Of a stretch of DNA of 64,000 nucleotides, positions 41,180-51,714 are shown piece by piece. The notes below the pieces were generated by a model. That model had not been told where the DNA came from. It saw only the letters and a program-made list of their open reading frames with translations, and did not search any database. Within the stretch, counting starts at the first letter, position 1, and the number at the start of each line of letters is the position of its first letter. Source of the DNA: an uncultured Acidobacteriota bacterium (GTDB lineage: Bacteria > Acidobacteriota > Thermoanaerobaculia > UBA5066); contig CAVZYA010000002.1 in the NCBI GenBank assembly GCA_963779415.1, positions 256,001 through 320,000 of the forward strand, written 5' to 3'. The position numbers and the translations under genes are program-made.

Positions 41180-44100
41180 ATGAGAAACGGAAAAGACGCC
41201 GTCTGCTTCACCGCCGGCATGGAGGGGGCGGCTTTTTCCGCCGGCGTCATTCACGCCTATCTCGCCGCGGACCGCGAGCCCCCGAAGGTCGTTGCCGGGA
41301 TCTCGATGGGCGCCTTGTCGGCCGCGGCCATGCAGAAGGCTTATCGCGACTTCCTTTCCCGGAAGAACGAGGGGATGGATACGGAGGCCGCGAGATGGGC
41401 CTGGTACCGAAGGTATCTGACCGAGCTTTCGGACCGGCCACTGGACGTGCTCTGGGAAGGCATTCCCGACCCTTCGGATTTCTTCGCCGAGATGCCTCCT
41501 GTCCGGAATCCCGCGGTGCCCGAGACCCTGCGGGAGGATCAGGAGCGAGCCCGGCGGAGCCGATTCCTGCTGCTGCGGCTCGGCCGCTGGTTGGCCGGAT
41601 TGCGCGTGACCGTCAAACAGGTCTTCGACCTTGCCGTCCAGTACGTCCGGTGGAAGGAGGGATATCCCGAGCCGGGCGTCCTGCCCGGGTTCGCTCCCGG
41701 GACGCGGCGCTTCCTCGGTTTCCTCCGCTCGGCGCTGGCCGCCGCTGCCCGGCTGATCGTCGCCGTCGCCTTTTCGGGTTTCTTTCCCGAACAGCTTTTT
41801 GACAAGGGGCAGGGGCGTCGGCCTCTCTTCGGCAGGAGCCTTTTCCTCGCCTCCTGGCTCGTGATCCTGTTCTTCCCGCTGCTTGCTCTCACCGCCGTTG
41901 GCATCTTTCCGGGAAGGATGTTCTGGGGAATCGGCCTGATCGTCGACGTTGCCATCGTGATCGCGATCGCCCGCCCCTACTTCAAGAAGGAGTGGACCCG
42001 CCGGGTTCTCCTGGACATCGGTATCGGACGGAGTCTGGTCAGCGACTTCCACCTCAGATGGAAGCTGATGAGGCTGTTCGACGTCAAGGAAGACGACCCG
42101 ATCGGCGACGCCCCGATGTCCGCTCTGATCGTCGCGGCCCCTCTTCACACCCTGACCCGGAAGACCGGAGCGTCGGCGGGCCAGCCGCTCGTGGCCTATC
42201 AGGTCTGGGCCGGTTCGAAAGTACCGCTGATCGAAGCCCTCGGGGCAGCACTCGCGCTTCCGGGCATCCTGCAGCCGTTCCCCGCGCGCGCCGCGAACAA
42301 GGACTCCGCAAGGGGTTGGCTGGGACCGGACGTGAACGGTCCCGACAAGGGGACGATCGACCTCGTGGACGGATCCGTCATCCGTCAGAACCCCATTCCG
42401 GCGCTCTTTCGATACCTGAAAGCGAATCCTCGTCTCGAGAAAGACCTTCGGGGAACCGGTCCCGAAGACGCGTCCGTTCACGTCGTCTACAGCGTTCCGG
42501 CCAAGCCCGTGTTTCACAACCCGGAGGGGACGTTTCCGGAGACGAAGGCCAACATCGTCGACGTGGCCCGCTTGAGCTCCCGGCTGGCCCGTCGGCGCGA
42601 CACGCAGGTCGAGGTGGCGCAGACCAATTTCATGAGCAGTCTGGCTGCCCTCGACGGCGGCGGCGGCCCGCGGCGCGGAAACCCCGAGGACCAGATCTGG
42701 GCCGTCTTCGCCGACGAGATCGCCCCGGACGAAGACCTCGGGTTCGAGAATCCCCTCAATCCTCTCCGCTCCGAAGTCCTGAAGCGGGCCGCCGGCGGAT
42801 GCCGTGCCACGCTCGAGCGGCTGTACGGAAAGCGGATCCTCGGGCTCGCGTCTGCGGGAGAGGGCGCGGCGGGCGGGGTGCCTTGCGCCCGCCTGCTCAC
42901 GGAGGTCGCAGCCGGACGGCACTCCGGCGGTGACGTGAGCTTCTTCCCCGGCGTGCCGGAGGTCTGCGGGGCATGCCCGAAGGTCCTCCGCCCGCCGGAG
43001 AGCGAAAAGGCGCTCCCGGCCCTGGACCCGATTCCGACGGTCGACACCGCGCTCGGCCTCCCGCCGGAGATCGTCGCGAACCTCCGCGGCGGGAAACCAC
43101 GAATCATCCTCGTGACGAGCGGCGGCGTCTTTCGGGGGTCGTTCCACATCGGCATGGCGGGCGCGCTCTGGGCCACCGACATCCGCCCCGATCTCATCGT
43201 CGGTGCCTCCGTCGGAACCCTCATGGGAGCCGCTATCGCGAAGATGTTCGACAGCCGCGACCCGGAGACGCTCGAGAAGCTCGTGACGCTCTTTCTGCGC
43301 GTCGACGAGAAGGTGGCCCTTACGAAAACGCTGAAGACGGCTTCCAGGGAGATCGGCGTCCGCGGGCGTTCCGTCGACCTTTCGCCGGCGGAGCTTCGGA
43401 GACTCATCCACGAGGGGAGCCGGGCCGACGCCGGCTTCGCCGCGGTCGGAGCGCCCCCGGCGCTCATCGACGCCATATCCGACCTTCTGATGATTCCCCA
43501 TCGTGAGACGAGCCGGATCGCCGCCGACTTCGTCGCCGGCCACATCACGAAGGCCGTCTATCGCCTGATGGGCCAGCTCAAGCGCGAAACGGTCCGCCGC
43601 CTCGATGTCGAGGACGCCATCATGGGAGTCACCCTCCTGGAGAAGGCCTTCCAGGGCGTCCTGTATGGAGAGTCGATGCCTCCCCCTCTGGCCTATTCCC
43701 GGCGCCAGCCTTTCGCCGGCGCCGGCATCGGTTTCTATTGCACGACGACCGATCTCGGGAGCGAAGCCGCCGTCATCCTCGGCGACGACACGCCTTTTCC
43801 GGGCAGGCCGTGGGATTTCATGGAGTGCTGCCTCGCCTCGAGCGCGTTTCCGGCCGTCTTCTCGCCGCGGCGAGAGAGCGACCTCTTCCCCGGCTCCGGC
43901 CTCTTCAACAGACGGTATGCCGACGGCGGCATGTTCGACAACCTCCCGTTCCTTCCCGCCATCCGGATTCTCGCGACGATCCAGTCCGAGCACCGCGAAC
44001 AGCTCTTCCCGAACGCCCTCGACGGGCTCCGCTCCCGGTGGGAACGCCCGGACCTGATGCTCGTCGGAGCGCTCGACATCAACCCCGAGGAGGCCCCGGA

Positions 44101-44710
44101 CCGCGACGGCCCGTTCGACAGCATTCCGGCGATCGGAAAGCGAGCGGCGACGCTTCGCAACAACGTGAAGATCCGGGCCTTCGAGTGGGCCTCCGAAGCC
44201 GTTCATGGCCAGATCGGGCAGATCGTGAACTCCGGGCACGTCAACGGCCAACACGCTGTCTTCCTGGACACCGTAGTCGACGCCGGGGTCCTCCCGGTCT
44301 TTCCGATGGACAACGATCACCTCAATAAGACCTTCGCGTTCTGTCGCTCGACGGGGCTCCGGGAGGACACCGTCCGGAACTCCATCGCCAACGGTTGTTT
44401 CCAGACGCTCCGCGCCCTCGTCGATGCGAAAGGCCTCGCCGAGACGGCGCTCAGGGGCCTCCGCGAGGGGAACCGGGTGCCAAGCATTTCATGGCAGTCG
44501 TCGGAGTCGCGCGACGGCAACACATGCCCGTTCTTCGCCCTCGGGGCTGGTCAGGAACAATCGGTCCCGAAACCGTTTACCTGTCCCTTCGCCGCCGGAA
44601 ATGAGGGAAAGCTGGTCTTCTCCAGATGCCGCGATGACGGCGGCCACAAGAAGGCCAGGAATGACGCGCGGGGTACGCCCGGAAACGGGGATGTCTCAAC
44701 ACCCTCGTAA
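41180..44710 (+). CDS. Tandem (double) patatin-like phospholipase with internal TM segments and Cys clusters
   Basis: Domain 1: AGMEGAAFSAG, GISMG, VDGS. Domain 2: SGGVFRG, GASVG, ASSAFP, ADGG. Hydrophobic helices at about aa 190-262. Confidence 0.9.
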   Translation: MRNGKDAVCFTAGMEGAAFSAGVIHAYLAADREPPKVVAGISMGALSAAAMQKAYRDFLSRKNEGMDTEAARWAWYRRYLTELSDRPLDVLWEGIPDPSDFFAEMPPVRNPAVPETLREDQERARRSRFLLLRLGRWLAGLRVTVKQVFDLAVQYVRWKEGYPEPGVLPGFAPGTRRFLGFLRSALAAAARLIVAVAFSGFFPEQLFDKGQGRRPLFGRSLFLASWLVILFFPLLALTAVGIFPGRMFWGIGLIVDVAIVIAIARPYFKKEWTRRVLLDIGIGRSLVSDFHLRWKLMRLFDVKEDDPIGDAPMSALIVAAPLHTLTRKTGASAGQPLVAYQVWAGSKVPLIEALGAALALPGILQPFPARAANKDSARGWLGPDVNGPDKGTIDLVDGSVIRQNPIPALFRYLKANPRLEKDLRGTGPEDASVHVVYSVPAKPVFHNPEGTFPETKANIVDVARLSSRLARRRDTQVEVAQTNFMSSLAALDGGGGPRRGNPEDQIWAVFADEIAPDEDLGFENPLNPLRSEVLKRAAGGCRATLERLYGKRILGLASAGEGAAGGVPCARLLTEVAAGRHSGGDVSFFPGVPEVCGACPKVLRPPESEKALPALDPIPTVDTALGLPPEIVANLRGGKPRIILVTSGGVFRGSFHIGMAGALWATDIRPDLIVGASVGTLMGAAIAKMFDSRDPETLEKLVTLFLRVDEKVALTKTLKTASREIGVRGRSVDLSPAELRRLIHEGSRADAGFAAVGAPPALIDAISDLLMIPHRETSRIAADFVAGHITKAVYRLMGQLKRETVRRLDVEDAIMGVTLLEKAFQGVLYGESMPPPLAYSRRQPFAGAGIGFYCTTTDLGSEAAVILGDDTPFPGRPWDFMECCLASSAFPAVFSPRRESDLFPGSGLFNRRYADGGMFDNLPFLPAIRILATIQSEHREQLFPNALDGLRSRWERPDLMLVGALDINPEEAPDRDGPFDSIPAIGKRAATLRNNVKIRAFEWASEAVHGQIGQIVNSGHVNGQHAVFLDTVVDAGVLPVFPMDNDHLNKTFAFCRSTGLREDTVRNSIANGCFQTLRALVDAKGLAETALRGLREGNRVPSISWQSSESRDGNTCPFFALGAGQEQSVPKPFTCPFAAGNEGKLVFSRCRDDGGHKKARNDARGTPGNGDVSTPS

Positions 44711-44976
44711 CACGAGTTGCAGGATTGTGCCGGCATTCTTTCTGCCTCTCTCTGAGGTTTATAGGAGCCCCGGGAGGCGGGTCGCTCAAGGTAGGAACGG
44801 ACACCTCCCGTGGACCAGTTTTCCGGGGCAAGGTCCGGCAAGGTCGCCTGCCCCCCTCCGGAGTTCTTCCCAGGGGAGATGCGAACTCAAACCCCTGAAT
44901 TCCAGGCTTTTGCCCGATGGAACGGACGCCGCCCAGGAGCTACTTTGAAGACGGGAGCGAAAACAGGAGGCAGAAC

Positions 44977-45399
44977 ATGAGACAGCACGAAAGCGGAGAA
45001 AAGGTTCCCGGCGGGTTCTACTGGAAGCAGAACAACTGGGAGATCGAGGTCGTCAAGGGAGACGAGGGGACGCTTCCGGGAAACGTCGACACCACCTACG
45101 TGCGGATCCCGACCGTGGCGATGCTCCTCGGCGCGCCGGTGATGGGCGGGCTCTTCGTGATCTTCCTCCCCTTCCTCGGCTTTGCGATGCTGGCCAACCA
45201 CCTCGGCAAGAAGGCCTTCTCCGGCATGAAGCAGGCGGCGGACGAGATCGGCGCGGCGGTCGGCCCGGCGTGGCAGCCCGGCGAGGCCCGCTTCACCTCC
45301 AGGAAGAAGGCGAAGAAGGGAAAGAAGGCGGAGAACGTCAAGGTCGACGAGAAGACGGAAGCCAAGGCCGAAGCCAAGCCCGAAGACGGGAAGAAGTAA
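44977..45399 (+). CDS. Small membrane protein, 140 aa (copy 2)
   Basis: Four amino-acid differences from copy 1 (G6S, D8E, NAD>NVD, KTE>KAE). Confidence 0.85.
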   Translation: MRQHESGEKVPGGFYWKQNNWEIEVVKGDEGTLPGNVDTTYVRIPTVAMLLGAPVMGGLFVIFLPFLGFAMLANHLGKKAFSGMKQAADEIGAAVGPAWQPGEARFTSRKKAKKGKKAENVKVDEKTEAKAEAKPEDGKK

Positions 45400-45428
45400 G
45401 CCCCCCGCATCCCGGGCGCGGATGCGGC

Positions 45429-45458
45429 GCCGCCCTGCCAACGCGGGGCGGCTTTGTT
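45429..45458 (+). terminator. Rho-independent terminator-like hairpin (copy 2)
   Basis: Same hairpin and TTTGTT tail as 39021-39050. Confidence 0.7.
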
Positions 45459-45794
45459 ATTATTGCGGTGTTTGAGCCGCTGAAGACACCCTCCGCGCCA
45501 GCGCCCGGCGTTTCTCTAGTGGCCCTTAAAGCAACTATTGGCCGCTTCGGCCACTTGTAAGTTCCTCCTTCGGCACCTACGTTATTAACCGCCCATTTAT
45601 CAGGGAGGCGCGAGTGGAGCACTCCCGGGTTCGGACCCGCCCGCGGCGGTTCGACCGGCGAACCGTTTGCGCCTGCGTTCGCCCAAGCTCCTCGACCCCC
45701 AGTCCAACGAGCACGATCCCAGCCCGCCTGCGGGAGATTCCATGCCGGACTGCCGTCCTCACGGGACAGGCAGCAAGGAAAGAGCAGGTATTCC

Positions 45795-46958
45795 ATGGCC
45801 ACGCGTAAGAAGTTCCCAGGGCGCCCGGCGGCACGAGCGTCTTCCCGGACCCCAGCTGCCCCTCCCCGCCGTGCTCTCGTTCTCGCCGGAGGGGGCGCCC
45901 GCGGCTCGTATCAAGTCGGAATGCTCGACCACCTCGTCCGAAAGAAGAACCTGGACTTCCAGATCTTCCGCGGCGTCAGCGTCGGCGCCCTGAACGCCGC
46001 CTTTCTGGCCCAGGCTCCGGCCGGCCCCTCACCCGCCGACTCGCTCGCCAACCTCGAGGCGCAGACCAAGGCCCTCCTCGACCTCTGGACCACCGAGATC
46101 ACCGGCAACGCCTCGATCTACCGCGAGCGGCCGGGAGGCTTCGCCGGTCTTGCCCTCGGCGCCGACAGCCTCAACTCCAACGAAGCGCAGAAGAGACTGA
46201 TGGCCGCGCACCTCGACGAGAGGAAGCTCGCGGCCTCCGGCCGCGACTTCAAGGTCGGCTACGTCTCGCTCGTGAGCGGCCTTTACGAGGAGAAGGGGCC
46301 CGACGCTCCGTCGTTCCGCGAGCTGATCCTCGCCTCGTCGTCGATACCCGTCGTTCTCCCCTTCATCCTACGCGACGTACCCGGCGAGCCGAAGGACGTC
46401 CTCGTGGACGGCGGCGTACGGAACATCACGCCGCTCCGGAGCGCGTTTACCGCCAACCCGGCCGCCGATGAGATCTGGGTCCTCCTGACCAGCCGCGTCG
46501 ACCCGAAGCCGAACGGCGACCTTCCCGACTCGGCGGCGAAGGTCGAGACCTTCGACCAGTGGGACGACAACTTCCTCGGTACGAAGGTGAACGGCATCGA
46601 CGTCCTGACGCGCGCCGTGGATCTTCTCACCGACGAGATCTACCTCGGCGACCTCGACACGGCGCTGGACTGGAACACCTTGCTGACGCCCGTGGAGAAG
46701 CTTCTCGTCGCGGCAGGCGCCGGGCCCCTTCCGTCGGCACTCTCGTCCGCCCTGAATGACCTCCGCAAAGCCGCCGCCGACATCGGCAAGCGGGCCGTTC
46801 CGCTCTACGTCATCGCCCCTCGCGAGTGGTACGGCGAGCAGGCCAACGACGCCGACCGTGACAACAGCGCCATGAACTTCTCGCCCGCCGCGATCTCCCG
46901 GGCCATCGCCCACGGCCGCACCGTGGCCGCCAACCGCGCCCTCTGGATCCGGAAATGA
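45795..46958 (+). CDS. Patatin-like phospholipase
   Basis: LAGGGARG, GVSVG (GxSxG), ASSSIP, VDGG motifs. Confidence 0.93.
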   Translation: MATRKKFPGRPAARASSRTPAAPPRRALVLAGGGARGSYQVGMLDHLVRKKNLDFQIFRGVSVGALNAAFLAQAPAGPSPADSLANLEAQTKALLDLWTTEITGNASIYRERPGGFAGLALGADSLNSNEAQKRLMAAHLDERKLAASGRDFKVGYVSLVSGLYEEKGPDAPSFRELILASSSIPVVLPFILRDVPGEPKDVLVDGGVRNITPLRSAFTANPAADEIWVLLTSRVDPKPNGDLPDSAAKVETFDQWDDNFLGTKVNGIDVLTRAVDLLTDEIYLGDLDTALDWNTLLTPVEKLLVAAGAGPLPSALSSALNDLRKAAADIGKRAVPLYVIAPREWYGEQANDADRDNSAMNFSPAAISRAIAHGRTVAANRALWIRK

Positions 46959-47271
46959 CCATCCCTGCCACCGCCGAGAGACCCTGCCCGTTCTCTATCC
47001 CCTCTCGCGGTTTCCCCTCGGTTCAGCCAACACCTTCCCGAATCGCTTCGAGCCGGCAGCCCTTTCAGCCATGCCGAATCTCATACTCCTCCCGCCGCCA
47101 CTGCCCTTCGGTTGTCCAATTTCTGCCCTACTCATGCAACAAGACCGATGCCCGGCGCACATAACACAGAAATGAGACCTGCCCCGATCTTCTTTAGCGT
47201 CCCTTCCTCTAGCCGAGAACGCCACGATGCTGTCGATTACTTACAGCGCTATGCAACAACAGGAGACGCCG

Positions 47272-47562
47272 ATGAGTTCACCCGATCCTACGCTGAACGC
47301 TTATACCGGGACCCTCGTCCTAGACAATGCCATCCGCGAATCTTACCTAGCGTCTCCAGATACGTCAGGAACTACCAACAACGTCCTAATGATGCTCGAC
47401 CCTTCCCCATCAGGCGACTTCGATCCGGCTGAGGTCACGGCGGCGTACCTTTACTTCACAAACAAAGCTGGTGTTCATACCGGATCGACTATTACTGTAG
47501 TCGGGTTCTACGCTTATCCGCCAAACGGCAACCGACCTGCTATTCATGTCGTCCGAGCCTGA
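47272..47562 (+). CDS. Small hypothetical protein (possible OB fold)
   Basis: AGGAG RBS then ATG 47272; 96 aa; G.TITVVG...I.V pattern. Confidence 0.55.
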   Translation: MSSPDPTLNAYTGTLVLDNAIRESYLASPDTSGTTNNVLMMLDPSPSGDFDPAEVTAAYLYFTNKAGVHTGSTITVVGFYAYPPNGNRPAIHVVRA

Positions 47563-47580
47563 TGTTCGTGAGACCTTTCT

Positions 47581-49915
47581 ATGGTTTCATCCATCCGCCT
47601 AGCCATCGCCCTTGCTATCACGCTCTCGGCCTTTCCCCACCACGCTATAGGCCAAACAGCTATCCCTGCCGGCGCCCCACCTGAGCAGTTTCAACTCGAG
47701 AACGGTATCTACGTCGGTCAGCCAAAGGTATACGATGATAGATCTCTTCAACAGTTGCTCACCGCTCTCCGGGCACGCCTAGCCCTACTAACGGGCACAG
47801 ACCAAGCGTCTCTCCTCGCCCGTCTCGGCTCTCTCCAAGGCGCCTCCTCCAGCCAGTCCCAACTGTCCTTACAGGCCACCACATTACCTGTGCCCGGCTC
47901 AACGACCACTATGTCCTCCGGTAGTCCGTCGGTTGTCCAAACAGTAGGTAGCTCCACATCCAACGCGTCTGCCGGACCGTCCTTCACTGGGTCGAATCAG
48001 ACCGTAACCACAAACCCAGGCGCCACCACCCAACTGCAGACTACCGCTCCTGCAGTCACGCCCGGCCCATCCGCTTTGCCATCCAGCACCGCCCCTTCGT
48101 TTCCAAGCGTATTTTCTACTTCCTCCCTCGACACCCTAAACGAGCAAATGCAGCTTAGCTACGAATTGATCAATCTTCAAATGTTACTCCAGGGGTCCCT
48201 GAACGACGAATATGTTGCAGGGACCCATCTTGCCCGGAAGCACACCACCATAGGCTTTCCAATTAGCATACTTACGCCGCCGGACAAACGGTTCCGAAAT
48301 GCCGTTGCAGAAATTGAAGTCACAGTATGCAACCCGGATTTGGTGGATGATTTTTCGCCACCCTCTCTTATGACAATTCTTCCCCGCGAGAAAACATACA
48401 ATGTCGCCAGTATCGTCAGTAAGTCTACATCACTCGGCGTTGGAGCAGTTATCGGCGGGATCATTAACATTGGGGCGTCGTTCTTATCGGGGAGCCAGAA
48501 ATACTATCTGGTGAAAGATCAAGATACAGTAGCACTTCAGCGAAGGCCCCGCCTAGACGTCTGTACACCTTTTCAGCGCGACGGAGAGAGCATACCCAGC
48601 GTTCCCGTAACGTTTGCTTGGCAATTTCGTCCCGTCCTCGGCCAACACATACTTCAGCCGGGCCTGCGGCAGACCTTCGCACAGATATCGTTCGCTGCTG
48701 GGCCTCGGAATCCATCGAAGGTTCGGATTGTTTCGAGGTGGAGACACTATTGCGCCAAAACAGGGGTTGTGGGCGACGACGTCGACGGCTCAGCAGTGCA
48801 GCAGACTGAAACGATCGAGACTTTTTTTGCGGCTCCATATATTCAGGGCGTCTCCACTCTCGACAATCGCGATGGGACAATGACCGTTACGGTGGACGGC
48901 CATTTTCTACCTGGCTCGCGGATTCGCATTGGCGAGAATGTCATTGATGAATCCACGGCGACTTTTCAGAATACGCTTTCCTTTCTTAGATTTACGGCGC
49001 CGTCGCAGGCCATCGCACTAAAGGGTGCCAGCCTCGCCGGGCGGGACGGCGCCGAAAGTGAACTTCTCGCGCCTGAGCAGCAGAGCGCCTATGACGTTCC
49101 TGTCAAGGGGGCCGTGACTCTAAAGACCTTCAGCGATACGCTCATCGAGGTGACGGTACCAATCGACCCCGCGCAACCTAACCTGCCAACAGGCGGTCCT
49201 TATCCGCGGGTAGTGGTTTTGGGATCTAAGAGTTTTGGTTTGAGCGATGCACCTTTTCGGTCCGAGACACAGAGCGGCGTCTCGTTCTTGGCACCAAAGG
49301 AACTCTTAGCCGGGCAGGTGCGATTGTTGAGCAAGCGCCTCTTCCTCGGCAAATCGTTTGCCGAACAATACCAGTATCGCACCCTTAGGAGAAAGCGCCG
49401 TTTCCGGGATAGTCGTTTTGGTTGCCAGCAAGAAGCACACTCGAATAGCCGTCACGGGTAGTAAACTGAAGAGCGCAAAGATCCTATACCCCAAGGGCAT
49501 TCAGCTGGACGTCACGGACGACGAGACGTATGCTGAATTCGACATTCTAGGCGCACCCTCGGACGGGTTGAAACAAATCGTCTTTCAGATTGGTGGCGGC
49601 GCACCTCCCGCTATAGTGCCTCTGCCTGAGGCGAAGTCAGCCGTAGGTAAGCCAACGTTGAATCCGCACGATCCCATTATTGTGGGAGCCGGGGTGACGT
49701 ACTCAATAGGCGGTTCACTCCTTGATTCCCTAACCTGTGTTCGCTATCTTGGAAAGCAACTAGCTTACAGCCTCGCACTCGACAAGAGGTCAATCAACGT
49801 TAAACTGCCTGATGAAATTACTAGCACGCCTGGTATTAGACGGCTGGAGCTGACATTTTCCGACGGATCGACGCAGCCATTATTGATTACAGTCACTCTT
49901 CCGACGCGACAGTGA
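47581..49915 (+). CDS. Large secreted beta-rich protein with Ser/Thr-rich linker and Ig/IPT-like C-terminal domains; frameshift near 49380
   Basis: Signal peptide; S/T/P-rich segment; amphipathic hairpin KSTSLGVGAVIGGIINIGASF; 'VTVDGHF..G..I.IG' IPT-like motifs. Joins ORFs 47581..49461 and 49358..49915. Confidence 0.7.
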
Positions 49916-50053
49916 GCAAACAGGACGCTTTTCGTGTTGGACGCATTGACAAGCACGCGTGTCTTGGGCAAGGGTTTCTTAGATCGGCGTGTAACCTCTT
50001 TCACCGTAGCATTCTGATTTCCCCCGAACGTCGGCTGGGGTTGAGGAGAAGGT

Positions 50054-51714
50054 ATGCCAGAGTCTGCAACTGTTCACGCCGCGGTCAATTCAATTCAGGC
50101 GGCCAGAATAGCGGCCCGAGTGGCTGACGCCGCCGTGACTGCCGCGGAGAAGGCGACTTCGGCCGAAACTGCGGTCGACGCTGCAAAGACCGCGGCGGTC
50201 GGGCCGCCACCGCCGCCAGCGCAGCTGACGCCGCCAAGGACGCCGGCGATAAGGCGACCCAGACCTTGAGGGCTGCTGACGCCGCCAAGGAGGCCGCCGA
50301 AATCGCACTTCACGCCGTGGATGTTTCCAGGGCCGCCTACGACGCCGCGGTCCGAGCCATGGACGCCGCCACGGCGGCCGAAGTTAGTAACGCCGCTGAC
50401 GCCCAAAGAGCTGTCGAAATTACGAGGTCAGCCTTGTCCGTCAGCGAGTTCGCGGCGAGGGCTGTTGCGGCCTCTACCGACACCGCCCGCGGAGCAGAGG
50501 AGGCCGCGGGCTTAGCTGAGAGAGCCGGCCACGCCGCCGGGAAGGCAGTTGACGCAGCCAAGGCAGCTGATACCGCCAACGACGCCTCGATTAGGGCGGC
50601 GGCGGCCGCAAAGGCAGCTGAGGGCACGCCCGAGGCCGCAGCTACGACCGACGCAGCCAAAGCGGCAGCTGTTGCTGCAAACGAAGCGAACGCTGCAAAG
50701 GTTAATGCCGCCCAGGTGGCAGCGACGGCCGCGAACAGCGCCGCAGCCGGAGCCGCCCAAGCCGTCAGGGCAGCCACTACTGCCGACGACGCAGCGAAAG
50801 AAACCGCCCGGGCTGCGAAGATAAGCCGCTTACCTCCGAAGAACGATACGAGTCCGTTTTACGACAACATCAGCGTCGGTAAACGGACCTCAGGCGGGGA
50901 TATCGTCAGGAAGATATTGTATGGCAGTCACAAATTTGTCATCTACGTGGACGAGGAGGACGAACTCCGATGCAGCTATGACGAGACTACTTGTATTGAC
51001 GGCGACAAGTACGTTGTCGAGGCCTACGATCTTTACTCTGAACTTCACGCCATCGCCTTGAGTAAAGACGCATTCAAGGAGGGCAGGCGTTTGATCGGCG
51101 CTGGCCTTTCATTTGCCTTCGAAACACAGAAGAAAGATGATAGCACCGACTTCTTCAGGAGTGCTCGCTCGTTCATAGATAATAAGGCTGCCCAATATGG
51201 ACAAGGCATATATCTTCTTTTCGCCGCTGGTTTCTTCCTATTGTTGACACCCTTCTTGTACTATCCTTGGTTTCCTGGGCTCGACGCAAGCAACAAACAT
51301 TTTGCTTGGGGTATATTCTTTGGCGGCGTTGGCGCTATGCTGTCTGTGTTGATTCGTTTCAAGAACACCGAGCTTCCGCGTTATGCGGAACCGATAGTTA
51401 TCGGAATAAGCGGCGTGATTAGGATCGCCTTGGGCGCTACCTTTGGCATCGTATTTGTGTTGCTACAGAAGGCTGACTTTCTCTTGGGGGGTCTTACAAA
51501 GAACAACGGGGCTGCGATCGCGTTATTTGCCATAGTTGCAGGTATGAACGAGAAGTTTGTACCTGATCTGCTTTCGCGGGCAGTGCCAGCAGCTGGAGAC
51601 ACACCCGATGGTGCCAAGGATGCCGCAGGCAAGGCGGCTCAGGCGGCGACAGCCGCTGCTAATGTTGCTAACGATGCCGCCAACAGGGCGAAGCAAGCTG
51701 CAAAAGGAGTGTAA
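50054..51714 (+). CDS. Ala-rich coiled region + 4-TM membrane domain protein; frameshift(s) at about 50200-50270
   Basis: GAGGAG RBS at 50043; more than 200 aa of Ala-rich helix; TM motifs GGVGAMLS, RIALGA and AGMNEKFVPDLL. Confidence 0.75.

Larger units (their letters stand above)
44855..45564 (+). repeat. Long direct repeat, copy 2
   Basis: Aligns with 38446-39153; the two start codons are 6409 bp apart. Confidence 0.92.

Noticed and set aside
41039-44320. Long antisense ORFs (also 3584..6562, 25842..29180 off-frame, 55520..57097)
   Set aside because: They are Arg/Pro/Gly-rich shadow frames of well-supported genes in GC-rich DNA and carry no motifs.
44827-44846. GGCAAGGTC(C/G) x2 tandem just upstream of repeat copy 2
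   Set aside because: Too short to separate from chance or slippage, and not present at copy 1.
38446-45564. Composite transposon or IS pair
   Set aside because: The repeats encode a small membrane protein, not a transposase, and no terminal inverted repeats or target-site duplication were seen.
45600-45790. Structured ncRNA or riboswitch upstream of the second patatin
   Set aside because: Short hairpins exist (e.g. CTGCCGTCC/GGACAGGCAG) but are expected by chance at this GC, and no known motif was recognised.
39380-46958. CBASS system (patatin effector)
   Set aside because: No CD-NTase or Cap2/Cap3-like gene is recognisable nearby. The DUF6036-like nucleotidyltransferase is 10 kb away and too small.
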